Origin: Promethearchaeota archaeon
GTDB taxonomy: Archaea; Asgardarchaeota; Lokiarchaeia; Sigyniarchaeales; SOKP01
Assembly: GCA_019058245.1 (NCBI GenBank)
Contig: JAHPZJ010000010.1
Location: 32,001 to 96,000, forward strand
Length of the DNA: 64,000 bases
Reading direction: 5' to 3'
Numbering within the stretch: position 1 is the stretch's first letter; each line of letters opens with the position of its first letter. Below are positions 49,866 through 59,976 of the stretch, piece after piece. The translations under genes were made by a program, and so were the position numbers. Under the pieces are notes generated by a model that was given only the letters and a program-made list of their open reading frames with translations, was not told the origin of the DNA and searched no databases.

Positions 49866-50969
49866 ATGGAATACTTTTGGATTTGTTATTTATTAATTTT
49901 ATTTTCTTTTTTTTTTATTCTTTTTAGTTATTTGCATTTTGCTTATAAACCAAACGTTCTAAATAACTTACTTGGATTTGGGGCTACCTTTTTTGTTTTT
50001 TTTAATATAGCTATGATGTTGGTATTAATGAATCAGGATCTCGCACTTCGTCCATTTTTTATACCTTTTTGGTTATTTATTTTTGGGATTCCCATACTAA
50101 CTGTAGGTATCTTAATTATTTTCAGTACTGGATTGTCTTTTTTAGCTAAAAACATATCTAATAAAGATTTATCTAAATATAAACAAAAAATAATTAGAAA
50201 AAACGCCAACTTAAGTAAATATAAAAAAGACATCCTTCGAAAGTCTAATCATGTTTTAATTTTTATTTGTTTTCTAATTGCTTGGTATATTGGTTTAGTA
50301 CTTGCCAACCATTTTACTGGAAGCTCAAAAGGAATGATCCCTGAAGAAAATAATATGCTTTTATTATATTTCAAAATTGTAAGTACCCCAAATTCAATTG
50401 CAAATGTTCTTTTTTCACTAGGATGGTTTTATTATCTATTATTTGTTATATTTTATATTTTAAATCTATTTATGCTTGCTAATGAGTTTACAAGAAAATC
50501 TCGTTTTATTTCTTTCCCTTTTAATTTTTTTTCTAAAGTTTATCTTTCAAATGAGGAACAAGAGAATTATGGGACTTATCTTTATTTTACGATTGGTCAG
50601 ATGTTTGCTTCCTTTATTTGTCCTCCAATGGTATTTCTTGCTATTTTAGGTATAAGTTCTATTGGTGATTTGATGACAAGTCAAATAGGTATAAGAATCG
50701 GAAAAAAACATATTTCTTGGAATCAAGATAAAACTTGGGAAGGCGCTCTAGCAGGAATAATTACAACTTTTATTATTAGTTTTTTTTTTATAGGTTTATT
50801 TTGGTCTATAATTTTTTGTATTATTTTTTTTGCGTTTGACATTTTAACAAACAAACCAATCAAAGTATCAGACAATCTCCTAATCCCAATTGGTCTAAGC
50901 ATATCATTTATATTCATCAGATTTTTTTGTAATTTTAATTCTTTTTCTATTATAGTTCAATGGCTTTAA
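49866..50969 (+). CDS. CTP-dependent kinase (dolichol/phytol/DGK1 family), membrane protein
   Basis: DILRKSNH, GDLMTSQIG, KTWEG and SDNLLIP motifs. Confidence 0.75.
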   Translation: MEYFWICYLLILFSFFFILFSYLHFAYKPNVLNNLLGFGATFFVFFNIAMMLVLMNQDLALRPFFIPFWLFIFGIPILTVGILIIFSTGLSFLAKNISNKDLSKYKQKIIRKNANLSKYKKDILRKSNHVLIFICFLIAWYIGLVLANHFTGSSKGMIPEENNMLLLYFKIVSTPNSIANVLFSLGWFYYLLFVIFYILNLFMLANEFTRKSRFISFPFNFFSKVYLSNEEQENYGTYLYFTIGQMFASFICPPMVFLAILGISSIGDLMTSQIGIRIGKKHISWNQDKTWEGALAGIITTFIISFFFIGLFWSIIFCIIFFAFDILTNKPIKVSDNLLIPIGLSISFIFIRFFCNFNSFSIIVQWL

Positions 50970-51021
50970 ATCCTATAATCCTATTTTAAGGCAGTAAAAA
51001 TTTTTAAATCATTCAGCTTTA

Positions 51022-52065
51022 ATGGTTAACAGTATGTACTTTTTACCTACAAGCATAATTTTCATTGGATATTTTATTTTAACCTTAATTTATACCTTAA
51101 AAAATAGGAAGGAAAAGATCAAAAATCACTTATTTAGTAATGAACTAGTAATCGCTTCATTATTTTTATTAGCAGGAATTTTATATCCCTATATCTATAG
51201 CTTTCATTCACCAAATTTAAGTCAAAATTCATTAAATTATTTATGGTTATTTACATCCACCATTTTTCTAGTTGAAATGGGTGTTTGGTTTCTTACCTTA
51301 ATATATAATACTATTATTTCAAAAAGAAATCCTAAAATTATGGCTGAACGGGATTATAATAAATTTTGTGAAGACTTTAATAATAATTGGCAAGATAATT
51401 TAAAATCTGAAGTTGGTCGTAAATTATTACACTTATTTACATGTTTTGTGATTTTTTTTTTTTGGACATTAGGAACTATCCTTGATAATTTGGGTATTTT
51501 ATCTCAATGGGGATTAGATTATTATAGTTTTTCTTACTGGTTAATAGTCACTGTAGGATTTGGATTTGTCATAATGTTTCAAGTCGCTGACTTGACACGA
51601 TTAAATAAATTTTATATGCTCCCTAATTGGGCTAAGCGTTGGTATCGAGACATGAAACAAAGTGAACTAAATACATTTATAGCCTCTACTCCCTTAGTAT
51701 TATCTTTTATTCCATTTCTTTTTGCACCCTTTCCTATTTTCGCTTCAGTAGCATTAATCACAACAGGTGCAGATGCTGTAGCATGTTTAATCGGTAAAAA
51801 ATATGGAAAACACTATCTAAAAACAAATTCTAAAAAAACAATTGAGGGTTTTATTGCAGGAGGGTTTACTACTTTTATGATAGTAATTTTCATTTCTATA
51901 ATATATAATCCTTGGTTACAAGTAGGTTTTGAAAAAATAATTTTTATGAGCTTGATTGCTACTTCTTTATTTTTATTAGTTGATGCATTTGCCAAAAATA
52001 TATCTGATAATATTTTAAATCCATTATTAACCGGATTTGGAATGTGGATAATATTTTTGATTTAA
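51022..52065 (+). CDS. CTP-dependent kinase (dolichol/phytol/DGK1 family), paralog
   Basis: EVGRKLLH, ADAVACLIGKKYG, KKTIEG and SDNILNP motifs. Confidence 0.78.
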   Translation: MVNSMYFLPTSIIFIGYFILTLIYTLKNRKEKIKNHLFSNELVIASLFLLAGILYPYIYSFHSPNLSQNSLNYLWLFTSTIFLVEMGVWFLTLIYNTIISKRNPKIMAERDYNKFCEDFNNNWQDNLKSEVGRKLLHLFTCFVIFFFWTLGTILDNLGILSQWGLDYYSFSYWLIVTVGFGFVIMFQVADLTRLNKFYMLPNWAKRWYRDMKQSELNTFIASTPLVLSFIPFLFAPFPIFASVALITTGADAVACLIGKKYGKHYLKTNSKKTIEGFIAGGFTTFMIVIFISIIYNPWLQVGFEKIIFMSLIATSLFLLVDAFAKNISDNILNPLLTGFGMWIIFLI

Positions 52066-52108
52066 AATTATTAAATATTAAAAAATACCAATAAGAAGTT
52101 AATAATTT

Positions 52109-52399
52109 TTATCCTCCAAAATAAATATAAATGAAAACAACTTGATCTTCATCCTTTAGTAATGTTTCCAAGAATTTATCGTGACGATAGCTCCTCCCAT
52201 TGATAATAATTGAAAGAAGTTTGTTAAAAACACCCCTTTCTCCTTTTTCCCAGATTAAGTCAATAAATTTATTACCATATTTTTGTCCAAAGTAATCAAT
52301 TAATTCATTTAAAGTCAATTCTTTATCAAATTCAAGAACTTCGAACACATTTTTAGTAATTTCATTAAAAGGCGGAGAAAATTCGAGATTTAACTTCAT
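52109..52399 (-). CDS. MoaD/ThiS/SAMP-type ubiquitin-like protein
   Basis: IIINGR, LKDEDQV and a C-terminal GG. Confidence 0.82.
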   Translation of the reverse strand: MKLNLEFSPPFNEITKNVFEVLEFDKELTLNELIDYFGQKYGNKFIDLIWEKGERGVFNKLLSIIINGRSYRHDKFLETLLKDEDQVVFIYIYFGG

Positions 52400-52519
52400 T
52401 TTTAATGATAATGCTTTCTTTTTATATTTTCTATAAATTAAATATTAACAACTGATTAAAAAGTTGATTATAATAAAAAATAAAAAATTTAGAGAAGAAT
52501 TTTTATATTCAATTTTGAA

Positions 52520-52720
52520 TTAATCATCTTCTTTTGCTTCTTTCATCCCTTTCTTTATCCCTTTCTTCAAGCTTCCAGATTTAACAGCTTTTTTCGCACC
52601 TTTACCAGCTGCTTCTGAACCTGTTACTCCTTCTACTAATTTTCCTAAACCTTTTGCGAAACCTTTCTTTATTTTCTTTCCCATTTTACTTTTCTTCTTT
52701 TTTTCTTCGTCGTCACCCAT
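52520..52720 (-). CDS. Small Lys/Gly-rich protein
   Basis: 66 aa with an AGAGG RBS and repeated KKIKKG/KKGIKKG. Confidence 0.6.
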   Translation of the reverse strand: MGDDEEKKKKSKMGKKIKKGFAKGLGKLVEGVTGSEAAGKGAKKAVKSGSLKKGIKKGMKEAKEDD

Positions 52721-53012
52721 TATATTTCAACCTCTTGTCTATTTATAAGTTTATACGTCTTTTTTTTTTTCTTTAAAATCAATTCAGTTATAAAAAAAGT
52801 AAATTCATATATTAAGATAATGTCAATTCTGATATAATAAATGTTTTGAAAATCTAAAATAATGTACCTTTAAAAGAAACGATTTAAATGAATTAATAAT
52901 TCAATGAACTCAATAATTTTTTTATTAAAATTTTAACAAATATATTCTAATATTGTAAATAGTAAATATCCCTATCAATAAATAACAAATTAATAGTTTT
53001 GTACAGTTCAAA

Positions 53013-54017
53013 ATGGCTAAAGTATTTTTTATTTCAAAAAATAATGTTCGAGATGCTTGGTTGTCTGCTTTAGGTCAAATATTATATAATGGTGATGATA
53101 TTAAAACTGAGTATGATAAGCCAGAAGATCCTCCTTCTAAGGATGCTTCAGTTTTAATAGAAATAAAAGATCCTTTCAGTAGTCCTATAACACGAAAAGA
53201 TAAAACTCTAAAAATAAAATCTAAATTTGGCAACTCTTATGAAATCTATGGCAGTATAGCCGATACTTATTTAATAGGATCGATTCAAAGTGGTTATATT
53301 GAAGAGATTTTGGATGGAATAAATGATCATTATTTATTTGAGTCTGGAGCGAGTTTTCCATATTCTTATCATGATAGAATTTTCAATTATACTCCTTACG
53401 CTCTTGAGGATACTATCCACACCTATTATGATGTAGATTTTGTTGAAAGTGAATTTGTTAAAAAACATCAGAAGTTAATTAAAGCAGAAATGATAAAATT
53501 TTCAGAAGATAAGGTTATATGGAAATTAAAGAATGGTGTGGAATTTGAATTAGATAAAAATATTTCGCAGAGAATGGGAATAAAACAAATACCATTAGGT
53601 ATTCTTAATTTTCCAAGAATCAACCAAATTGAATATATTATAAATAAATTAAAAGAAAAACCATATAGTCGCCGAGCACAAGCAATAACTTGGAGACCAC
53701 TTATAGACCCCTTTCATGTAGATCCTCCTTGTTTGCAACGAATCTATATGCGAATTAAAGAAGGGAAGTTATTAATGCAGACAACATGGAGAAGTAGAGA
53801 TTTATTCAGAGCTTGGGAAGCTAATGTAAATGGAATGATTAGAATCCAAAAATATGTTGCTGAAAAATTAGATGTAGAAATTGGTCATTATTTGGATTTC
53901 AGCAATTCACTTCATATTTATGGAAGAACTATTTCTGAAGTAAAAGATATGCTAGAACGCATGAAAAGTAGAGGAGCATTACCTGAAGAAATTATTAATA
54001 AGATGGAAGGAGAATGA
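53013..54017 (+). CDS. thyA: Archaeal-type thymidylate synthase (ThyA-like) with insertions
   Basis: YSYHDR, INQIEYII, SRRAQAITW, DPPCLQ, WRSRD and SLHIY motifs. Confidence 0.8.
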   Translation: MAKVFFISKNNVRDAWLSALGQILYNGDDIKTEYDKPEDPPSKDASVLIEIKDPFSSPITRKDKTLKIKSKFGNSYEIYGSIADTYLIGSIQSGYIEEILDGINDHYLFESGASFPYSYHDRIFNYTPYALEDTIHTYYDVDFVESEFVKKHQKLIKAEMIKFSEDKVIWKLKNGVEFELDKNISQRMGIKQIPLGILNFPRINQIEYIINKLKEKPYSRRAQAITWRPLIDPFHVDPPCLQRIYMRIKEGKLLMQTTWRSRDLFRAWEANVNGMIRIQKYVAEKLDVEIGHYLDFSNSLHIYGRTISEVKDMLERMKSRGALPEEIINKMEGE

Positions 54018-54048
54018 TATTCACAAAACACGTTTTTTAAATATAGTT

Positions 54049-54720
54049 TTAAGTTTCACGTAAATAATTCAAAGAAAAAATAACTAGGTTTGAAAGAAAA
54101 TCAATTATTTTTTCATCTGTATCAAATAATTCCATTATAGATAAATGATGATATAAAATCGCATTAATAAGATTATAAATAAAGATAAAAGTCTCAACTA
54201 ATTTTTTCTCAGGTATTTGCTTAAAGCTTTCATTTGTCATTCTTAATTCTTGTGCCATATTTTTGAAAAAAATAAAAACTTCCTTTTTCTGTGAATTAAG
54301 TAGGTTTTTATCAGATTGTATAGCAGATCTAAAAGCTATTATGTATCCTTTGTTTTCAAGATGATTCTTATATAATTCTAAAATAAAATGATTGAGGAAT
54401 TCTCTAATGTTTTTATTATTGACACTTATTAAATTAATTCTTTTAAAAAAGTGTTTCATTGATTCCTCAAAATATTTTCTTATTATATCTTCTTTTCCCT
54501 TAGGAAAATATTTATATATAGTACCTATACTAATTTTAGCTGATTTTGCTACATGATTGGTGCTTGTTTTATGATATCCCCTTTTTAAAATTAGTGTGAA
54601 AAATGTTTTATAAATCAAATCTATTTTTTCTTGTTTATTTCGTGAAAATTTTTTAGATGACATAATAATTACAATAAATGAGCAATTACTCATAAAGTTT
54701 ATAAGCGAGTAAATACTCAC
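54049..54720 (-). CDS. TetR/AcrR family regulator
   Basis: GYHKTSTNHVAKSAKISIGTIYKYF; divergent from a methyltransferase gene. Confidence 0.88.
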   Translation of the reverse strand: MSIYSLINFMSNCSFIVIIMSSKKFSRNKQEKIDLIYKTFFTLILKRGYHKTSTNHVAKSAKISIGTIYKYFPKGKEDIIRKYFEESMKHFFKRINLISVNNKNIREFLNHFILELYKNHLENKGYIIAFRSAIQSDKNLLNSQKKEVFIFFKNMAQELRMTNESFKQIPEKKLVETFIFIYNLINAILYHHLSIMELFDTDEKIIDFLSNLVIFSLNYLRET

Positions 54721-54753
54721 TTATTATAATATAATTAAAACAAATATTTAAAC

Positions 54754-55650
54754 ATGATTCAAGAAATTGTTACCGAATTTAATAAATCCAATAATCAAAA
54801 CGATGTTTCTAAAGTAGAAAGTATTATTTCTCCAATATTTTCTGGAAAAGATAAAGAGAGTAAGCAATTTCGCGAAAATATAAAGGGATTATTATTGGAT
54901 GCTATGAAAAATGCAGGAACTAATTCTTTTCAAAGAAATGCTTTTTGGTTTTATGTGAAAAAAACTATTACTAAAGGTTTAAAAAATGGAAAGCCAATAA
55001 TAGAAGTGGAAGAGAGTTTGCGAAATTTTATTAGAAAGCATGTGGATAGAGATAAAGATATTAAGTCTCAAGAATTCAAATTTGCTAAATTGAGGTTTGA
55101 AAATATTAAAAACTACATTGTAGGAGATAAAATACTCGATCTGGGTGCGGGAAATGGTCTTTTAGCTTTAGAAATTAAGAAACAGCTTAAAAAAGAGGTT
55201 TTATTGGTTGATATAATTGATTATAACTATACAGATCTTCCAATTATAATATTTAATCCTAAAGATCCTCTACCTATTGCTAATGAGGAAGTGGATACTA
55301 CTATTCTCTATTGTGTTTTGCATCATGCAAGTAATCCTGAACATTTATTGCATGAAGCAGCGAGAGTTACTAAAAGACGCTTAGTAATTAAAGAAAGCTA
55401 TATTGAGAAAGAGAATATCATGATAACTAATAGTTTTGTTGATTGGTTTTTTAATCGAGTGATTGGTGATGAAGATATAAATGTTCCACTTAATTTTCTT
55501 AAAATTAAATCATGGGAGACTCTTCTCAAATCATATGGTTTTACTGTAATTGAAACTAAATATGTTGGCACAGATGAGCCAGCAGTCCCGGAACATCATG
55601 TATTTATTATTGCTGAAAAATCTAATTCTATATATTCTAATTATCATTAA
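54754..55650 (+). CDS. SAM-dependent methyltransferase
   Basis: ILDLGAGNG and VLHH motifs. Confidence 0.82.
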   Translation: MIQEIVTEFNKSNNQNDVSKVESIISPIFSGKDKESKQFRENIKGLLLDAMKNAGTNSFQRNAFWFYVKKTITKGLKNGKPIIEVEESLRNFIRKHVDRDKDIKSQEFKFAKLRFENIKNYIVGDKILDLGAGNGLLALEIKKQLKKEVLLVDIIDYNYTDLPIIIFNPKDPLPIANEEVDTTILYCVLHHASNPEHLLHEAARVTKRRLVIKESYIEKENIMITNSFVDWFFNRVIGDEDINVPLNFLKIKSWETLLKSYGFTVIETKYVGTDEPAVPEHHVFIIAEKSNSIYSNYH

Positions 55651-55678
55651 GTTGAATTTGAATATGGTTTTAAAGTTG

Positions 55679-56449
55679 TTAAAAAATTTTTGGGAAAATC
55701 TTTTGGGAATTCTTCTCTATTTGTTGTTCTAATTCTTTTGAATCAATGTTCTTTAGTTTAGAGATTGTATTTAAAACTTCTCGAATCATTGCTGGAGTGC
55801 CGATTTTTCCTGAATATTTAACAGGACCATCACTTTCAAGCAAAATAAATTCTTTTTCAACTTTTAAAACGGTATTTTTTACTGCTGGGGAATATGATAT
55901 TGCTGGAGTAATTGAGAAATAATAACCTCTGTCTATTCCCATATTTAAATATTGTTCAGGACCAGAATACCAATGAATATTTATATTAGGAATTGAATAT
56001 GATGGAAGTATATCAAATACAATTTTTTCAGCACCTTTAATATGCAAATTAACCGGTAATTCTAATTCTTGTGCTAGTGAAAGCATTTTTTCAAAAACTT
56101 CCTTTTGAAATGGATATAACTCCTTTTCTTTAATAAAGTGATGATCTAAACCAATTTCCCCTATTACACAAATTTTTTCTTTATTTTTTCTAATTATATC
56201 AATTGCTGAATCCAATTGTTTTTCTAGATCTCTATTCATTTTCACTTCTTCAGGATGGATTCCTAATGCGGGATATATAATATCATATTTATCAGAAATC
56301 TCTAAAATCCGTTCTAGACTAATTACACTCATTCCAACGGAGATTATTTTTCGAACTCCAGCATTTTTTGCTTCCTTAATAATCTCATCAATAACTAAAT
56401 AGAGATTAGCATGACAATGGATATCTATTAACATTCTATAAACCCTCAA
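55679..56449 (-). CDS. tatD: TatD-family deoxyribonuclease
   Basis: DIHCH, GIHP, IGEIGLD and LESDGP motifs. Confidence 0.9.
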   Translation of the reverse strand: MRVYRMLIDIHCHANLYLVIDEIIKEAKNAGVRKIISVGMSVISLERILEISDKYDIIYPALGIHPEEVKMNRDLEKQLDSAIDIIRKNKEKICVIGEIGLDHHFIKEKELYPFQKEVFEKMLSLAQELELPVNLHIKGAEKIVFDILPSYSIPNINIHWYSGPEQYLNMGIDRGYYFSITPAISYSPAVKNTVLKVEKEFILLESDGPVKYSGKIGTPAMIREVLNTISKLKNIDSKELEQQIEKNSQKIFPKIF

Positions 56450-56480
56450 AAAAGCCTTGAAAACGTAAAAAGTAGGAAAG

Positions 56481-56819
56481 CTACATACTATTTACTTGCT
56501 CCCGTAGCAGAGCAATTTTTTTTACTAATTCAAATTTTCTTCTATAATTGTAATCCGCTGAATCTAAATGGTTTTGTAAAGATTCTAATTCCTTTAATAA
56601 TAGATTTTTATAGTCTAGTTTAGTAAAATGCCCTATATGTTCTGGGAGTGGTTCTATTATTGCTGCTCGTTTTGATCTTAAATCTGAAATTGCTTTTGCC
56701 ATTTGTGATTGAAATCCTTTTGCTTGAGTAGGATCTATATGTTCTAATGTATCAAATGAATCTTTCAAACCATCGATGAAAGCTTCTAAATCTTCAATAT
56801 CAATTTTATCTTTTGCCAT
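56481..56819 (-). CDS. Hypothetical helical protein
   Basis: 112-aa ORF with no recognised motif. Confidence 0.55.
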   Translation of the reverse strand: MAKDKIDIEDLEAFIDGLKDSFDTLEHIDPTQAKGFQSQMAKAISDLRSKRAAIIEPLPEHIGHFTKLDYKNLLLKELESLQNHLDSADYNYRRKFELVKKIALLREQVNSM

Positions 56820-57071
56820 ATAAAATCGAGGAAAATCTTATTTTATAAAAATATAAGTTCTAGAAAGAAATTAAATATTTATTATTGTTTATTTATGTCA
56901 AAAATACAATTTGTTCCTACATAAACCAATAGTTACTAATTAAAATTAATGATAAAAATTAAAAAAGAAGATATAATCAATATGTTGATGTTTCTCTCTG
57001 AAATGAATGGTTTATATGGATTAAATAAATATTTAAAATTCTATAAAAAATACGTTAATCAAATTTAAAAT

Positions 57072-58994
57072 TTGTTAGGTGGTCTTTTGTCATATAAATC
57101 TAATCAAGATACTTCTAATTTGTTAAAGCAATATCAAGAGAAAAAGGTATCTTTAGATGATGCAATTAAAAAGTATATTAAGCCAGGTGTTCGGATTTTT
57201 ATCGATTCTGGTTGTTCTGAACCTATCGATCTTACCAAAAAATTAATTGATCTTGGAATAGAACTTCCTGATGTTGAGATATTACACTTTCTTAGTCTAA
57301 GTGATTTAGATTACTATGAAACTGCTGGTAGTATAGAAGATTTGTTCAGACATAATGCATTTTTCATTGGAAAATCATTACGTAAATATGTTGATGCTGG
57401 TCAAGCAGATTATACTCCAATGCTTCTTTCCGAGATTCCAAAATTATTTAAATCTGGAAGAATGCATTTAGATACAGCTTTAATCCAAGTAAGTCCACCA
57501 GATCGTTATGGTTTTTGTAGTTTTGGAATTAATGTTGATATTGTTAAGCCAATTGCAGAATCAGCGGATTATGTGGTGGCAGAGATCAATCCAAAAATGC
57601 CCCGCACTTTGGGTGATTCATTTATTCATATGAATGACATTGATGCATTTGTAGTGAGTAATCATGAAATAATTGAATTTAATTATGGTAAACTTGATGA
57701 TACTTCTACGAGGATTGCTAAATTTGTCGCTTCCTTAGTTGAAGATGAATCTACTATTCAGATGGGAATAGGGCAAATTCCTAATGCAGTTACTCAGCAA
57801 TTAATGGAAAAAAAAGATTTAGGTGTTCACAGTGAAGTATTTTCCGATGGAATTGTAGATTTAGTAGAAAGCGGTGTAGTTACATGTAAAAAAAAGACGT
57901 TACATAAAGATAAGATTATATGCTCATTTGTTATGGGCTCTAAGAAATTATATGATTTTGTTGACGATAACCCTATGGTGGAATTCCATCCATGTGATTA
58001 CACCAATAATCCCTCTATAATAAGTCAAAATAAAAAACAGGTAGCTATAAATGCTGCGTTAAGTGTTGATCTCACTGGACAAGTGAATTCAGATTCTATA
58101 GGTTATCGTTTTTATAGTGGAATTGGAGGTCAAGTGGATTTTATCAGAGGTGCAGGCAGATCGATAGATGGTAAACCAATTATGACTTTACCTTCTACTG
58201 TGACTTTAAAAGATGGTACTGTGGTGTCTCGAATAGTTCCTTATCTTCAACCAGGTTCAGGAGTAGTAATTACAAGAGGAGATATTCACTATGTAGTAAC
58301 AGAATGGGGTATAGCATCTCTCTATGGAAAAAGTATTAGAGAAAGAGTTCTGGAAATGATAAACATAGCACATCCTGATTTTAGGGAAGAATTACTTGAG
58401 CATGCGAAAAAATGGAAGTATATTTATTCAGACCAAAAATTGCCAATCTCGATTGATGGAAGAATAAGTATTTATCCAGAAAAATATGAAACTACTCTAA
58501 ATCTTAAAAATGGAAAAACAATTAAAATACGACCAGTAAAACCAACAGATGAAAGAATGATTCAAGAACTTCATTATTCTTTGGATGAAAAAGATAGATA
58601 TTTGAGATTTTTCACCCCTATGAAAGATTTTCGACATACAAAAATCCAACCAATGGTAAATATTGATTACTCTACAGATATGATTTTGGTATGTGAATTT
58701 AGTGAAAAGGAAGAAGAACAAATAATTGGGTTAGGTGCATTTTTTAAAACAATTAAGCCTTCTATTGCAGAGTTAGCATTTGTAATTCATAAAAATTGGA
58801 GAAGTTTAGGAATATCTAAGTTTTTATTGAATTATTTGGTACAAATTGGAAAAGAACTTAATTATAGAACATTTACAGGTTCGATTTTACTTGAAAATAA
58901 ACCAATGCTTCATATAATTAATAACTCAGGATATTTACTAAAACTTAAAAGGATTGAGGGGGGAGTTACAAATTTCGCATTTGATCTTTCTTAA
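57072..58994 (+). CDS. Acetyl-CoA hydrolase/4-hydroxybutyrate CoA-transferase fused to a C-terminal GNAT domain
   Basis: TIQMGIG, GVHSE, SGIGGQVDFIRGA and VVTEWG motifs, then GNAT-type IRPVKPTD..YLRFF..AELAFVI..WRSLGI. The start is probably TTG 57087. Confidence 0.88.
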   Translation: MLGGLLSYKSNQDTSNLLKQYQEKKVSLDDAIKKYIKPGVRIFIDSGCSEPIDLTKKLIDLGIELPDVEILHFLSLSDLDYYETAGSIEDLFRHNAFFIGKSLRKYVDAGQADYTPMLLSEIPKLFKSGRMHLDTALIQVSPPDRYGFCSFGINVDIVKPIAESADYVVAEINPKMPRTLGDSFIHMNDIDAFVVSNHEIIEFNYGKLDDTSTRIAKFVASLVEDESTIQMGIGQIPNAVTQQLMEKKDLGVHSEVFSDGIVDLVESGVVTCKKKTLHKDKIICSFVMGSKKLYDFVDDNPMVEFHPCDYTNNPSIISQNKKQVAINAALSVDLTGQVNSDSIGYRFYSGIGGQVDFIRGAGRSIDGKPIMTLPSTVTLKDGTVVSRIVPYLQPGSGVVITRGDIHYVVTEWGIASLYGKSIRERVLEMINIAHPDFREELLEHAKKWKYIYSDQKLPISIDGRISIYPEKYETTLNLKNGKTIKIRPVKPTDERMIQELHYSLDEKDRYLRFFTPMKDFRHTKIQPMVNIDYSTDMILVCEFSEKEEEQIIGLGAFFKTIKPSIAELAFVIHKNWRSLGISKFLLNYLVQIGKELNYRTFTGSILLENKPMLHIINNSGYLLKLKRIEGGVTNFAFDLS

Positions 58995-59088
58995 TCAAAT
59001 ATTTGGAAAAGGAATTATATTATAAAATCAATAAGTTCATTTTTATATTCTTTTTATTGTTAATTACTAAGCAATTCTCCATGATTGT

Positions 59089-59970
59089 ATGTCAAAATTA
59101 AGTGAGAAAATATTTATCAATGATTTTCATAAGGTATATAAAGAAAAAGGTTTAACCTTAGAAATAATTGAATTATTCAAGAAAATTATTTATGATTATT
59201 ATAGAAATCATAAGAGAAAATTTCCTTTTAGGGAAAGAGTTACGCCTTATAATGTTCTTGTTTCTGAAATTATGCTCCAACAGACCCAAACTGGAAGAGT
59301 TGTCGAAAAATTTTTGAAATTCATACAAAAGTTTCCAGATTTTTTAACATTATCTTCAGCTTCGCTTGAAGAAGTTCTCGGAATATGGAAAGGCTTAGGT
59401 TATAATAGAAGAGCAATAGCTTTAAAAAAAATTGCAGAAATTGTTATTAATGATTTCAATGGAAAATTACCCGATTCTCTTGAAATTTTAAAATCTTTTC
59501 CACAAATAGGACATAATACAGCTTCCTCTATATTAGCATTTGCTTTTAATAAAGCTGTGTTTTTTATTGAAACAAATATAAGAAGAGTATACATTTACTT
59601 TTTTTTTCCTGATAAAAATAAAATCGAGGATAAAGAGATAATGAGTATAATAAAAAAGACAATAGACAATAATAATCCTCGTAAGTGGTATTATGCCTTA
59701 ATGGATTATGGTGTTATGTTAAAAAAAACTCATCCTGAAATAAATAAAAGAAGTGTTCTTTATAGAAAACAATCACCATTTAAAGGATCAACAAGGCAAG
59801 TCAGAGGAAAAATCCTAAAACTATTAATTAATGAGGGACCGATGGAAATTACTAAAATTCAAGAGCGTTCTAAAATTTTGGATAAAGAGAGAATAAAAAA
59901 AATACTCGTTCAATTAAAACAAGAAGGATTCATCGAGAGTAGAGATGGTATTGTAAAAATTGCTAAATAA
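59089..59970 (+). CDS. HhH-GPD DNA glycosylase, MutY-like
   Basis: PYNVLVSEIMLQQT, WKGLGYNRRA, FPQIGHNTA and ALMDYG motifs; no Fe-S cysteine motif. Confidence 0.85.
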   Translation: MSKLSEKIFINDFHKVYKEKGLTLEIIELFKKIIYDYYRNHKRKFPFRERVTPYNVLVSEIMLQQTQTGRVVEKFLKFIQKFPDFLTLSSASLEEVLGIWKGLGYNRRAIALKKIAEIVINDFNGKLPDSLEILKSFPQIGHNTASSILAFAFNKAVFFIETNIRRVYIYFFFPDKNKIEDKEIMSIIKKTIDNNNPRKWYYALMDYGVMLKKTHPEINKRSVLYRKQSPFKGSTRQVRGKILKLLINEGPMEITKIQERSKILDKERIKKILVQLKQEGFIESRDGIVKIAK

Positions 59971-59976
59971 ATAGAT

